Source: a virus. From it: DNA of 64,000 bases. The translations under genes and the position numbers were made by a program. The notes under the pieces are model-generated. The model was not told where the DNA came from. It saw nothing but the letters and a program-made list of their open reading frames with translations, and did no database searches. The DNA lies in the IMG/VR virus record IMGVR_UViG_3300037483_000361, positions 32,881 to 96,880 of that record; one strand, written 5' to 3'. The number at the start of each line of letters is the position of its first letter. Position 1 is the first letter of the stretch. Positions 1-10,200 of this stretch are shown one piece after another.

Positions 1-1754
1 TCTTCTTTGCTCATACGCTTCAACGCACCTTTGCTCTCCTTCATTTCGTCAAGAGCTAGGTTATAAAGCATATCGAAGATATTGATGCCCATAAACTGGC
101 TGAGCAAATCTTTACGTTCTGACTGGCTCTTATCAATGAACAGAGCGTTGTTATTTTGAACACTGAGACTAGTGAGAATGAAGTCTTCATAAGTCCCAAC
201 ATATCGGCGAATAACAGCATCAGTAGCTCGACGATCTTCAGCGTTAAGCGAAACTTGCTCACCCTCGTCATCAATCTTCCAGAAATCCACATCGACTTTC
301 ACATCATTATTGGGTTTTCGTATCCCTACTCGGCGAATTCCATACTCAACACCATTGATTTCAAACTTCAATTGACACCTAAATCGATTCTTGCGATTAT
401 TTATGATGTGCGAGGCTTTGAATGCACGCGGCGTCTTATCGTAAAGACAGAACATGAATGCATCAAATGCTGCAGTCTTGCCCGACGCATTAGGTGAGAA
501 CAAACCATGAACACCTTGCATAGATTCAAAATCTATGGCATTGCCCTCACCATACGAAAACATATTGCTAAACTCGAATAATAGCGGACGCCAGCGAACA
601 TTGCGTGATAAATCCTCCAAAGCAACTTTGGAGTTCAATTCCTTGTTAATCTCAAAAATTCGCTCCATCAGTTCCGAATCAACAACAGCATAATGGCGGG
701 TGAGATACTCCTCAATAAGTTTATTCTGAACATCAACATTCTGCACATCAACCATAGCAGTGCTATGATGCTGATTGCCAATTTGAAGTTGATCGTCACG
801 CATCTTATTGACGATGAACTCTTGTAGATTGAATTTCTTCTTTAGAATAGATTCAATCTTCTTGACTTTGCTTGCATCCAAATCTTTGACGAATACTCGC
901 AGTCGAGCATTCTCAGGAATGTGCGACAAGTCTGGTATCTTGCCATTTTCTATAATGAGCGTGGCAAAACCATACTTGTTCGGAACCTCATGGTGTGTAA
1001 AAGAGCGTTTCTTGACATCCCATTCCAACCAGCCGTGTCCTTCTAACTTTTCACCATGATTTTGCTGAATGAGTGAGCCAGCATAAACGATACATGGCTT
1101 CTTATTGGCCGCCTCATATTCTTGCAATGTTTGATGCCGATGAATATCTCCAAGCAATACCATGTGGTATCCATTGAATGTTTCAAGTGACACATGCCGT
1201 GACGTGACTGTAAATCCGGTGTCTGTCAGAGCCGCATCAACCGGTGCATGAAGAATGGCAACCTTGTTAGGCGACTTGCACTGTCTAACCTTCGGCCAAT
1301 CTTTGCGGTCACCGATGATAGAATAGACAGCAAGGTCGGTATCGGCAACAGTGTAAATGCCGCTATCTTTTAAATAATACAGATCGGGGTGGGAAATGTT
1401 TTCAAGAATTGGGGAGAGCGAATCCAACCGGAAAGTATTGGCCAGATTCAAATCATGATTTCCTACAACAACCAAAGTCGGTGCTATGTCGGCTAATCGA
1501 TTCAAGAAGTCCGATGCAAGGGCCACCATCTCTGGTGAGAGATCCGTTTTCGCGTGTAGCAAATCTCCGGTAAATAGAATAACGGAGTTGGCAAACATCG
1601 ACCCCTTATGAATGATCTGATCGTATAGTGCAGCGAAGATTTCTTTGTATTCTTTGTGTCGCTTAAACAACCGGATATGAACATCCGAGATATGAATGAT
1701 CGTGTCCAATTCTTGAAACGGAACCTTTATTGTTCGTGGGTTAATTTGCGCCAT
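1..1754 (-). CDS. SbcD/Mre11 nuclease fused to SbcC/Rad50 ATPase (T4 gp47-gp46-like), runs off window start
   Basis: Manual translation from ATG at 1754: IIHISDVH, VVGNHD, GDIH phosphoesterase motifs, then FSNMFSYG and Walker A SPNASGKT in the same frame. Confidence 0.88.
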   Translation of the reverse strand, partial: MAQINPRTIKVPFQELDTIIHISDVHIRLFKRHKEYKEIFAALYDQIIHKGSMFANSVILFTGDLLHAKTDLSPEMVALASDFLNRLADIAPTLVVVGNHDLNLANTFRLDSLSPILENISHPDLYYLKDSGIYTVADTDLAVYSIIGDRKDWPKVRQCKSPNKVAILHAPVDAALTDTGFTVTSRHVSLETFNGYHMVLLGDIHRHQTLQEYEAANKKPCIVYAGSLIQQNHGEKLEGHGWLEWDVKKRSFTHHEVPNKYGFATLIIENGKIPDLSHIPENARLRVFVKDLDASKVKKIESILKKKFNLQEFIVNKMRDDQLQIGNQHHSTAMVDVQNVDVQNKLIEEYLTRHYAVVDSELMERIFEINKELNSKVALEDLSRNVRWRPLLFEFSNMFSYGEGNAIDFESMQGVHGLFSPNASGKTAAFDAFMFCLYDKTPRAFKASHIINNRKNRFRCQLKFEINGVEYGIRRVGIRKPNNDVKVDVDFWKIDDEGEQVSLNAEDRRATDAVIRRYVGTYEDFILTSLSVQNNNALFIDKSQSERKDLLSQFMGINIFDMLYNLALDEMKESKGALKRMSKE

Positions 1755-1760
1755 AGGCCC

Positions 1761-2681
1761 TCATAGTAACGCCACTCGTTCCTTCGTCAAATCACCGAAG
1801 GTGAGTTTGCTAGTGGTGTTGCGAATTGCTTCGATCATTCCCCCAAAGCCAATCATACCGGGGTCTTTTCCTGGTATCTTAACAAGATATACACTCATCT
1901 CGTGGCTTAAAAGAGTTTGTGCAATCCGTAATGCATCACTGCGAGCGTCGGCATCAAGGGCCAAATAAACATCCGTTACGCCTTTGGATGTAATTGCTTC
2001 CAGTACTTTTGACTGCATCGATTTGCCGAATAACGGAATAGCATTTCGGCGAATCGCGATTGCATCCATTGGTCCCTCACATATAACTATCGGAAATTTC
2101 CATGAGATGAGCGACTCAAAGCCCACAATGTTTTTGCTGACGTGCGGATTACGATACGGCATGGTCGATTCATAATAAGATCGGCCGACAAAATAGTTCA
2201 ACTTACCAGTTTCGTCATAACTTGGAATGATGATGCGGTTGGCAAACTCACCGGTTTCGCAATAGCCAATTTGATACTTCATAATATCAGAAAGCGTGAC
2301 GTTGCGGCGATGAAGATACGCCAATGCATTTTTGTATTCGTAACTGCGACTGCTTTCCCACAAAGGTATAAACCCCATCGGGAGTGTTAATAACACCACT
2401 TCTTTCGGAATGTTGTCAAACTTGATTTTCTGGTCTAGTGCGGCTGCTAATTCCGCAAAATGCTTCTTGGAAGCATTCATTCGTTTGAGCAAACTAAAAA
2501 GGCTGCGACCTTTGGTATTACAAACCCAACAGTGCCACTGCCCCATTGCTACATTAACGGCAAGTTTTCGTCTGTGGTGGGAGCAAAACGGGCAGAACCA
2601 AGCATATTCATTTTGTTGCTGTGGTGCGTGACTCCCAAGAACATTGTCCAAAATAGACAATAATTGAATTACATCGGCCAT
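1761..2681 (-). CDS. DNA primase (Zn finger + Toprim)
   Basis: CPFC..H..CWVC Zn finger; ICEGPMDA and LALDAD Toprim motifs. Confidence 0.9.
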   Translation of the reverse strand: MADVIQLLSILDNVLGSHAPQQQNEYAWFCPFCSHHRRKLAVNVAMGQWHCWVCNTKGRSLFSLLKRMNASKKHFAELAAALDQKIKFDNIPKEVVLLTLPMGFIPLWESSRSYEYKNALAYLHRRNVTLSDIMKYQIGYCETGEFANRIIIPSYDETGKLNYFVGRSYYESTMPYRNPHVSKNIVGFESLISWKFPIVICEGPMDAIAIRRNAIPLFGKSMQSKVLEAITSKGVTDVYLALDADARSDALRIAQTLLSHEMSVYLVKIPGKDPGMIGFGGMIEAIRNTTSKLTFGDLTKERVALL

Positions 2682-2742
2682 AAACTATTTTGAATTATAC
2701 TCCGTAGTTATCAGCAATGAACAACTACGGAGTATACTGCGT

Positions 2743-3108
2743 TCACTCTAACTTGTCAAGTCTAGATTGTAATAGCTTTAGAAAAGTTTCCATTCGGAGC
2801 GACACATAGGTTTCTGACCGGTTTCTCTTAAATACAAGGAGTGCATCGGTGTTAGGAACACAATTCTCCTCGGCCTGTTCCAAAGATTGCCAGATGTTGA
2901 TCTTCTCTTGATTCTTACATTCTACAGAAAATGGAAACACCCGCTTGGCTGCCGGAGAGAGTTTCAGATCGGTGCCTGACTCGCCCATGATGGCCTTGCG
3001 GATGTCGTCCGGTTCCAGTGTATCTTTGAATTGTTCGAGTAACCTAATTTGAACATCGTCTTGCAGGCGACGGCCCTTTGCTTTTCTACTGCGCGGCGTA
3101 TTAGCCAT
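2743..3108 (-). CDS. PD-(D/E)XK Holliday-junction resolvase-like protein
   Basis: KAKGRRLQ, GESGTD, SVECKNQE motifs. Confidence 0.7.
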   Translation of the reverse strand: MANTPRSRKAKGRRLQDDVQIRLLEQFKDTLEPDDIRKAIMGESGTDLKLSPAAKRVFPFSVECKNQEKINIWQSLEQAEENCVPNTDALLVFKRNRSETYVSLRMETFLKLLQSRLDKLE

Positions 3109-3216
3109 TCATTTTGTCCTCAAATAAAAGATTGACTTGAGCGCCAATGTCTAAATACCTATGAAAACACCAACCTTGAGCACCTTTTGATTTCATTGTA
3201 ACCCCTTTATTCTTGA

Positions 3217-3705
3217 TTATCTCATCTCATCTTGCCAGTCAAGATAACAGTCCCTACATACATCGCCGCGGCCTGGGACATTTTTGAATATCTCAGGAGA
3301 ACCACACCGGGCGCATTTCTTCTTTGCGACCGTAGGTTCGGCTGCTTCGGCCATTCCGTGTTGTTTTGCCCACTGTTCGTAGTATTTCTTGTAGCGTTGA
3401 AAACGATCATAAAAGATTGGCCATGAATATCGTGCCCGCGATCCTATTCCACGAGGATGTTCCCTAAACCAGGCCTCAGCGGCTTTTAACCCAAGGCGTT
3501 TAATAACCCCAAACATCGTCTTATCGACAGGACCAATATATCCTTGATCTGTGATGTTGGGCGGATTAGATCGTGTTTTAGTAGCATCATCACCAGTGCT
3601 GGTTCGATCTATATATTTGCCCGGAACTGACTTATCAATGACGGCTTCGTTGAGCACACGGTTGATCTCTTCACGGATCATTTGCTTGAAACGTGACTGC
3701 TTCAT
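3217..3705 (-). CDS. hypothetical protein with N-terminal IREE..LxE leader
   Basis: ORF with AGGAG SD; leader shared with 18661..19200 and 33260..33529. Confidence 0.65.
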   Translation of the reverse strand: MKQSRFKQMIREEINRVLNEAVIDKSVPGKYIDRTSTGDDATKTRSNPPNITDQGYIGPVDKTMFGVIKRLGLKAAEAWFREHPRGIGSRARYSWPIFYDRFQRYKKYYEQWAKQHGMAEAAEPTVAKKKCARCGSPEIFKNVPGRGDVCRDCYLDWQDEMR

Positions 3706-3717
3706 AGAAATCTCCTA

Positions 3718-4023
3718 TTAACTCTTCGGCTGACCGATTGGTGAGAACGGAGTTTCGGGCGTGTACCGATGCAACGGCGTGGCGGGATCATACGATTGTG
3801 GAGGAACGAGGTTGTTTCGTTCGGTCGTATATTCATCCTGCGCAGCCTGTGTGAATTCTGTTGGACTGAGTTTGTCACGGCCTACGGTGAAACCACCAGC
3901 AAACTTGTGGTCACGGTCAAAGAAATCTGTACCGCCGCCGGGAATCAGCGTACGTGACTCCACCGGGCGAAGTTTCTTAGTGCTGTTGTATAAATCTACT
4001 AGATTGCTCATGCTAATCTCCAT
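3718..4023 (-). CDS. hypothetical protein
   Basis: ORF packed in operon. Confidence 0.6.
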   Translation of the reverse strand: MEISMSNLVDLYNSTKKLRPVESRTLIPGGGTDFFDRDHKFAGGFTVGRDKLSPTEFTQAAQDEYTTERNNLVPPQSYDPATPLHRYTPETPFSPIGQPKS

Positions 4024-4527
4024 TTAGAGATGCGGTACCTGTACGGTTTTAATTCGTATTTGAGGATATTTTAGTTGTAACGTGCTGACCGCGGCGATGT
4101 TTTTGGGCGAGTCGTCATAAAACTCAATGTCAGTTGCTCCTCGTCGGGTGATCAGCTCTTCAATGTAATCCCTCTTAAGATTCGGATCGGGATTGCCCAT
4201 CGTCTTAATTTTAACACCACCACGAATGCCTATTGCACGAAGGAATTCTGCAACGGGCTGCGAATCATGGCGCGCCGTCAAAATAATAACTGTTGCCGCT
4301 CCTGAATAAACGGTTGTGAGTAACAACCGCACATACTTTTCAATCATCCGTGGATTAATGAGTTCGCCTCCAAACTGCGACACATCTGTCTTATCCGACG
4401 GGTCTAGTTTATAAGTAGCAAACTCCGTCGATGACAATTCACGACGACCACGTTTTCCGGTAATGACTACCTTTGCGTCAGTCTTGACTAATGTGTCATC
4501 AAAGTCAAAAATACGAAACTTAGACAT
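4024..4527 (-). CDS. HAD-superfamily phosphatase
   Basis: FDFDDTL, ILTAR, FYDDSPKN motifs. Confidence 0.8.
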   Translation of the reverse strand: MSKFRIFDFDDTLVKTDAKVVITGKRGRRELSSTEFATYKLDPSDKTDVSQFGGELINPRMIEKYVRLLLTTVYSGAATVIILTARHDSQPVAEFLRAIGIRGGVKIKTMGNPDPNLKRDYIEELITRRGATDIEFYDDSPKNIAAVSTLQLKYPQIRIKTVQVPHL

Positions 4528-5431
4528 CGAACCGTATCACCACACTTTGCTGACTGGTTGCCAACCGCTTGAGCGGGCGAGGAACCTTTGCTACTGCCAC
4601 CAACTGCTGGCGGTCGTTGTACAAACCAATCGTTGTGATATACGGACTGAGTGTGCCACTCTCCACGAGATCGAGGACTTTTTCTACCTCTATACTTCCC
4701 GACAGAGTTTTCTTGAAGAACGACGGGTTATTCGAAAAGTTGAACTCCATCGGCTCCATTGTTGCGAGAATCGTGTATTCGTATAACTGCTGAGTTGCTT
4801 CAAAGTCAGCTTGCAGTGTTGAACCGCTTGGAAGATAGGACCCCGATTCTTGAATCAGCTCATCGCCGGTTGCACTGGTCAGGCGGTGAACAATCGCAAC
4901 TCCTAGATTATAGAAGATGTTTCCCACCACACTACCCGAACCACCAACATAAAGATGTCCCCGCGCATCATCAATTATGCTGCCCGAGCCAGCCGATGGC
5001 GTTGTCAATACAAACGAGCCTGGCCGAATTCCCTCCCCCCAAAGAGCCTGGGCGATATTCACTACATACGCGGACCCGCTCAATAAAAAATTACGATAAC
5101 CGTCGCCAGCAGCAGCAAAACGGAATGTTCCAGAAATCGATCCAGACTGTGATGCAGATTCGTAAAACAGATGCTTTACAGAGCTGAACAGAGGTTCTTG
5201 AAAAGTTCCATCTTCATTCGTTGCCGCAGTAGGTACAAAATCGTCGAGCACAAGTACCTGACTACCCGAATCGGGTCCGACCGTAACTGTAGAGAGAGGA
5301 AACTGTTTCGCCGTAGCGACATTTATCTCAGCAATTGCGGTCGAGCCCGAAATGTAGGTTACTACTTGGCTTTTATGGACTTTGAACGGACGGACGATTA
5401 CATTTTCCGAACCCAAAATCTTGAATGCCAT
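4520..5431 (-). CDS. putative virion structural (baseplate/tail) protein
   Basis: C-terminus ITTIGLYND..LVAVAK..P paralogous to next gene; structural context. Confidence 0.6.
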   Translation of the reverse strand: MAFKILGSENVIVRPFKVHKSQVVTYISGSTAIAEINVATAKQFPLSTVTVGPDSGSQVLVLDDFVPTAATNEDGTFQEPLFSSVKHLFYESASQSGSISGTFRFAAAGDGYRNFLLSGSAYVVNIAQALWGEGIRPGSFVLTTPSAGSGSIIDDARGHLYVGGSGSVVGNIFYNLGVAIVHRLTSATGDELIQESGSYLPSGSTLQADFEATQQLYEYTILATMEPMEFNFSNNPSFFKKTLSGSIEVEKVLDLVESGTLSPYITTIGLYNDRQQLVAVAKVPRPLKRLATSQQSVVIRFDV

Positions 5432-5444
5432 TTATCTCGTTCCG

Positions 5445-6521
5445 TTAAAAGTCTAACCGCACCCTAATCAACAGTTCACGGTCAAAGCTCTTGCGTGTAG
5501 GTTGACTCAACTTACCAACTGCAAGCAACTCGTTGGCATCATTATACAAACCAACTGTCGTCACGAAGACTTGTGGGTCTTGGATAAAGCCAGAATTCAA
5601 GATGACACCGTTTGCTTCATTGAAGAATGATGGGTTGTTGGAGTAGTTAAGCTCCTTGTTGCGTAAACGAACAAAGTAATGCGTTGACGCTATGTTCTCG
5701 GCCGACCGTGCCTGGAAATCCGCGGTAAGCGATGTTGGCGCGCCATTGGTTGGATCACCACCAATCATAGAATTCAGCAATACTTTTTGGTTTCCTGCCG
5801 ATCCCAAATCAGGATTAGTTGTAACTGTTGCTGCGCTTGCACTAACAGCGAACAATGCCCGTGGATTGAGAATAATAATTCCCATATCTGGATACACCAA
5901 ACCGAAGCCGCCTGATACGGAAGACGATGCTACGACGGTAGAACCAGAAACTCCTGTCAGCGAACCGCTAACAACATTGAACACTCGGCCCGAAGTGCCG
6001 AATTGCTCACCAAGAGTTTGTCCACTATCATCAATGAACGAACGCGTGATTAGGCCGCCGGCCTCATATGCTAATGTTAATGACCAGTTGCCCGGATCAA
6101 GCTTTTCCTTTAGGCGCTGACGGTGGATATTGATTACAAAGATTTCATCTGCGTTGAATGTGGCTCCATCCGAAGTTGGTAAGAAGGTAAAATGTGTATC
6201 GCCTGGATCGAGAAGAACATTGCGATACTGGAAATATACTGCTTTAGTTGCTAACAGTGCATTGTCATCATCGGCCAATACTGATGCTCCCCCACCGTTG
6301 ATATTACCATATGCGAGAGAAAATTGAATCTCTGCTAATGACGATGATGGATTGATATTGTAGATATCCCAAAAATGCTGACCGGCAGCGGAGGCGGTTT
6401 GCTCACTGGATGTGTAGAATGCTACCAAACTGCCAGTGTCGCTCGACCACAGTCCAGTCGATACTTGTGTGGGATTTGCCCGTACAATATCGTCCTCTTC
6501 AAATCTCTTAAAGACTTCCAT
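5445..6521 (-). CDS. putative virion structural (baseplate/tail) protein
   Basis: C-terminus VTTVGLYNDANELLAVGKLSQP, tail-collar-like. Confidence 0.6.
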   Translation of the reverse strand: MEVFKRFEEDDIVRANPTQVSTGLWSSDTGSLVAFYTSSEQTASAAGQHFWDIYNINPSSSLAEIQFSLAYGNINGGGASVLADDDNALLATKAVYFQYRNVLLDPGDTHFTFLPTSDGATFNADEIFVINIHRQRLKEKLDPGNWSLTLAYEAGGLITRSFIDDSGQTLGEQFGTSGRVFNVVSGSLTGVSGSTVVASSSVSGGFGLVYPDMGIIILNPRALFAVSASAATVTTNPDLGSAGNQKVLLNSMIGGDPTNGAPTSLTADFQARSAENIASTHYFVRLRNKELNYSNNPSFFNEANGVILNSGFIQDPQVFVTTVGLYNDANELLAVGKLSQPTRKSFDRELLIRVRLDF

Positions 6522-6532
6522 TGTTTATCCCC

Positions 6533-7168
6533 TTATACCGTAGGCTGTGGATTGACCACCACAGTTATTGTCAATGAAGCACCGGTTTGGTTTCCAATGA
6601 TCGTCAACTGCGTGGTGATGGCCGTTGCTACGTCACGAGGCGTGAGCGTAAACTCCAATCCCCGTGCAACAGTTGCGTTTGCAGACTGTACATCACTGAG
6701 GAATGTTGGGGTTGTTGCTTGTGCCGTCGCGGCGAGGCCAGTTCCGACCAGAATGGCTGCGTCGGAATTGTAAAGTATTGCTGTATAGCCAAACCCTGCT
6801 CCGTTGAGCCCTTGCGAGGTCGTAGGACGGATTGGGAAGGCGTTAGATCGTCCGGCTGTCAGGGTGATCAAGGTTGTACCAATCGTGATGATTGGAATCT
6901 CCTTGGTGCCTCTTGGTAGCGTGACGAGCTTGAAACGCATGTTCTGTGTTTCGTCAGGTGAAGCTTCGAGCACGGGCATATTTTCAATAATTGACCCAAA
7001 GTAATTTGTGCCGAGCGGATGAGAAGTGGTAAATAGTGAGTAATCTACCTCATCATCCCCTACGGCGAATTGGGTAATTGCAAATCCCTCGCCCTTAGCT
7101 AGCAGCTCACGACCCTTCTTAGTCAGAATCGCGTCTACTGTCAAAGTTGCATTGTTTAAATATCCCAT
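6533..7168 (-). CDS. putative virion structural protein
   Basis: LTKKGRELLA..ITQFAVGDDEVDY tail-collar-like N-terminus. Confidence 0.6.
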   Translation of the reverse strand: MGYLNNATLTVDAILTKKGRELLAKGEGFAITQFAVGDDEVDYSLFTTSHPLGTNYFGSIIENMPVLEASPDETQNMRFKLVTLPRGTKEIPIITIGTTLITLTAGRSNAFPIRPTTSQGLNGAGFGYTAILYNSDAAILVGTGLAATAQATTPTFLSDVQSANATVARGLEFTLTPRDVATAITTQLTIIGNQTGASLTITVVVNPQPTV

Positions 7169-7242
7169 GTACGAACTCCTAAAGTGGTGATGATACTAAT
7201 ACATATCATGTTACTGAAAATTAAGTAGTTTAATACCATATG

Positions 7243-10200
7243 TTAAGCATTTGGCGTATTGGGCCGAACCTCTAGTATTGGACCGGACTCGTCTGTTACG
7301 GTCTGCCGCGGCGTACCATCCTTAACGAATAGTTGTGCATCAGAGCTAAGTGTGATTTCGATAGGCGGCTTTCCATCTATCGTGGTGTCCTGTGTATTCT
7401 TGACACCCGAAAACCGGGATCGAATATACGCCGTATAGGTCGGGCGGAAAAATTTGTAGTGATTAGATGAATAACCAACAAACGGCGTCGCGGCCGTGCT
7501 CACGCCGGTCGCAAACGGAACAAGTGCGATACCGCCGGGGCCAGAATAACTGCTTCCACTAACCACGGCCATAAACAACACCGGAATTGCCACAATCCGA
7601 GCCGACACCGGCACCCAATTACGCTGATCTTTGTCTGGCGTAATATAGCTGACAAATCCAGCCACGGTTCCGGCGGCCGTCAATATTGTCGAAGTCAAAC
7701 AACGGAATTCACTACCACTAACCGTTACCATATCGTGCTCGACATATGCGGTTCCGTATACCCACGCACCTTTATCGACAAGAATGCCTTGGCGAAGACG
7801 AACCCGCTTGTAACCCGTCAATGCGAATGAACCACTTATGTGTGTGAAAAATGTAGCATTGCGGGGGTCATCCAAATCGTTTTGGGACTTGATCTCAGGA
7901 ACCATGAAATCGCCGCCAATGCTAGCCGACGGTAGCGTGAAAATAATATTGCAATCAATTGTTGGATTGAGCACATTCATCAATGCTTCGAATGTGCGAG
8001 TATCATCAATCGTAACAAGTGCTAATTCGGTCAATTCTGCGCCTGCTAATGCGAGAATGTCATTCTGATTGATTCGAGCAGTTAGTTGTGAAACACCTGC
8101 GATCAAGCTCTGCGTTGTTTGCTGCACCACCACAGCCAGCGGCGTGGTGTCGGCGGTAGCGCTCTCCGCAAACTGCTGCCCCACGAGGGCAGTGAGCTGC
8201 GTCATCGTAGCTGACCACGAGCCCGAGAGTGAGCGGTCGATGCGTGCGTCTACGTTGCGAGCGGACGGGAGCGAACCGCTCTGCTGAAGGATCGTGTAAG
8301 CATTTCTCTCGCGTCGAGTACCTGCACCCTCAAGGTTGAGCGGACGGACCAAGCGTACTCGATTGCGCTCGAGGATGGTAGGTTCAACAACAATGCCAGT
8401 GATCAACTTCGTCGAGATTGGAACAATCTTACGAGCATGATCAAAGAATGCGTCTAGCAAACCTTCCACCGAACGAATGAAGCCATTCTGATCAAATGTT
8501 GGCGCATAGTTGCTCTTGTAAAACGTGTTCAGCGCAATCAAGTCAGAATATTCGTCGGAATACAAATTGCGTGGATCGCCGATCAAATCGTTCAAATCAA
8601 AGTTTCCAAGTGATCGCAAAATGCTGTCATTGATGCTTTCTGCAAGCGTAAGATACAATCCCACTCGATTGTCTCCCTTGGTAGCATTTTTTCGATCAAT
8701 GTTCGTGCGAACCGCAGACTTGGTGCGGCTGAGTACTGGGAAGGCGGAGCTTCCAGTAATAGCAAGCGCATCGCTTCTAAATGACGACGATGGCGCAATG
8801 GTGATCTTAGCGGAACTAAACTGGCTGCCACCAGCACCAGGCGTGAAACGCTTCGTTTGTCGAGTGGTTCGCTTGTATTGATGCGGGAATGTGGATATGT
8901 TGTAAAATCCCGCGGCGACCGATGCGGTCAAAGCAGACGGATATGCCGAACCTGAATTTATGAACGGCGTCTCATTGGGCATTGATGCAGAGATAAACAA
9001 GTTTTGTGGAATGCCAAAGGAATGACGAACGAGTAAATTTTCGTTTGCGGAATCACCCTCATTACCAGCATACATGCCCGGAAACTCGGCATGGAATCTG
9101 AAGGTTTCGTCGGTGATACTTTCTCGCCACAAACGGAATTCATCAACCAACATATCGTTGCTAGCTGTGCTGTTCGCAGTGCCGATAACCACCGAATCAG
9201 AACGGAATGATGCGGTTACAGATTGTGTAACGGAAGTGTTATACACATACTCAAATACGTCATCATCAAACTGTCTGATCTCAAGAGCAATAGCGGATGT
9301 GGAAGTATCTTGCCGTAGCATGATACTATAGAAGTCACCATTATAGAACTTTGCAATATCACTCGTTGCGATATATGCTCCCAATCCATCAAGCAACGAA
9401 ATATGACCACGATGATTTTCGGCGCTCCCGGTTGGTTCAAGAATGAGCGACCAACTCGGTGATGACGACAGCAATGCGGTTGATACGAACGATCCAGTTG
9501 TCGTCATTGCGAAACGGAGTTCAATAGTGGTCGGCGTCGATGCTGAAATGAATGTGGACGCAACAAATGGAACAGTCACCGATGCAGTGGTATTGAATAG
9601 TACAGTCCGCGTCAATTCATTGAACAGCTCAAAAGAACCCGTAGTAAACAGTGGTGATGGTGTTGCGCTTTCACGTACACGCATCAACTCGGGCGGAATG
9701 CCATAGATGTTGAGTAGTGCATAAAGAGACGTGATGGTTCCCTTGGACTTAGCAATCAAGATATGATTGTGAATGAACCGCTTCCAAGTCTCAGCAATAG
9801 CTTGCTTGTACGTCTTTTGTGTAAGAGTTGCTTGGCCGACGCCGAATTCCAACAGTTCTTTGATAGCATACTGGTTTGGTAATTCAATGCCAAGAGATTG
9901 CGCTACATGCCACATCAACTCTTTAGCTAGGCCACGATCCGGGCTCGGATCACGATCATAAATGGTTGTCATGTTATCAATATACAACTTGAGCATATCG
10001 AAAAAATGACCGACCATATTCAAAAATGTCAAGAAGTCAACAGACTTATCATCTCGCTTCAAATACAACGGAATGTTGTTCACAAGCGAAGTCGCATTCA
10101 ACGCATCATACTCTTGAGCATATCCCAGCTGTGTGGTATAATAGGTGACGGACGCGGAACTCGTGACCGATGCTGGAATTCCAGCCGAAGCAGTCGGCCA

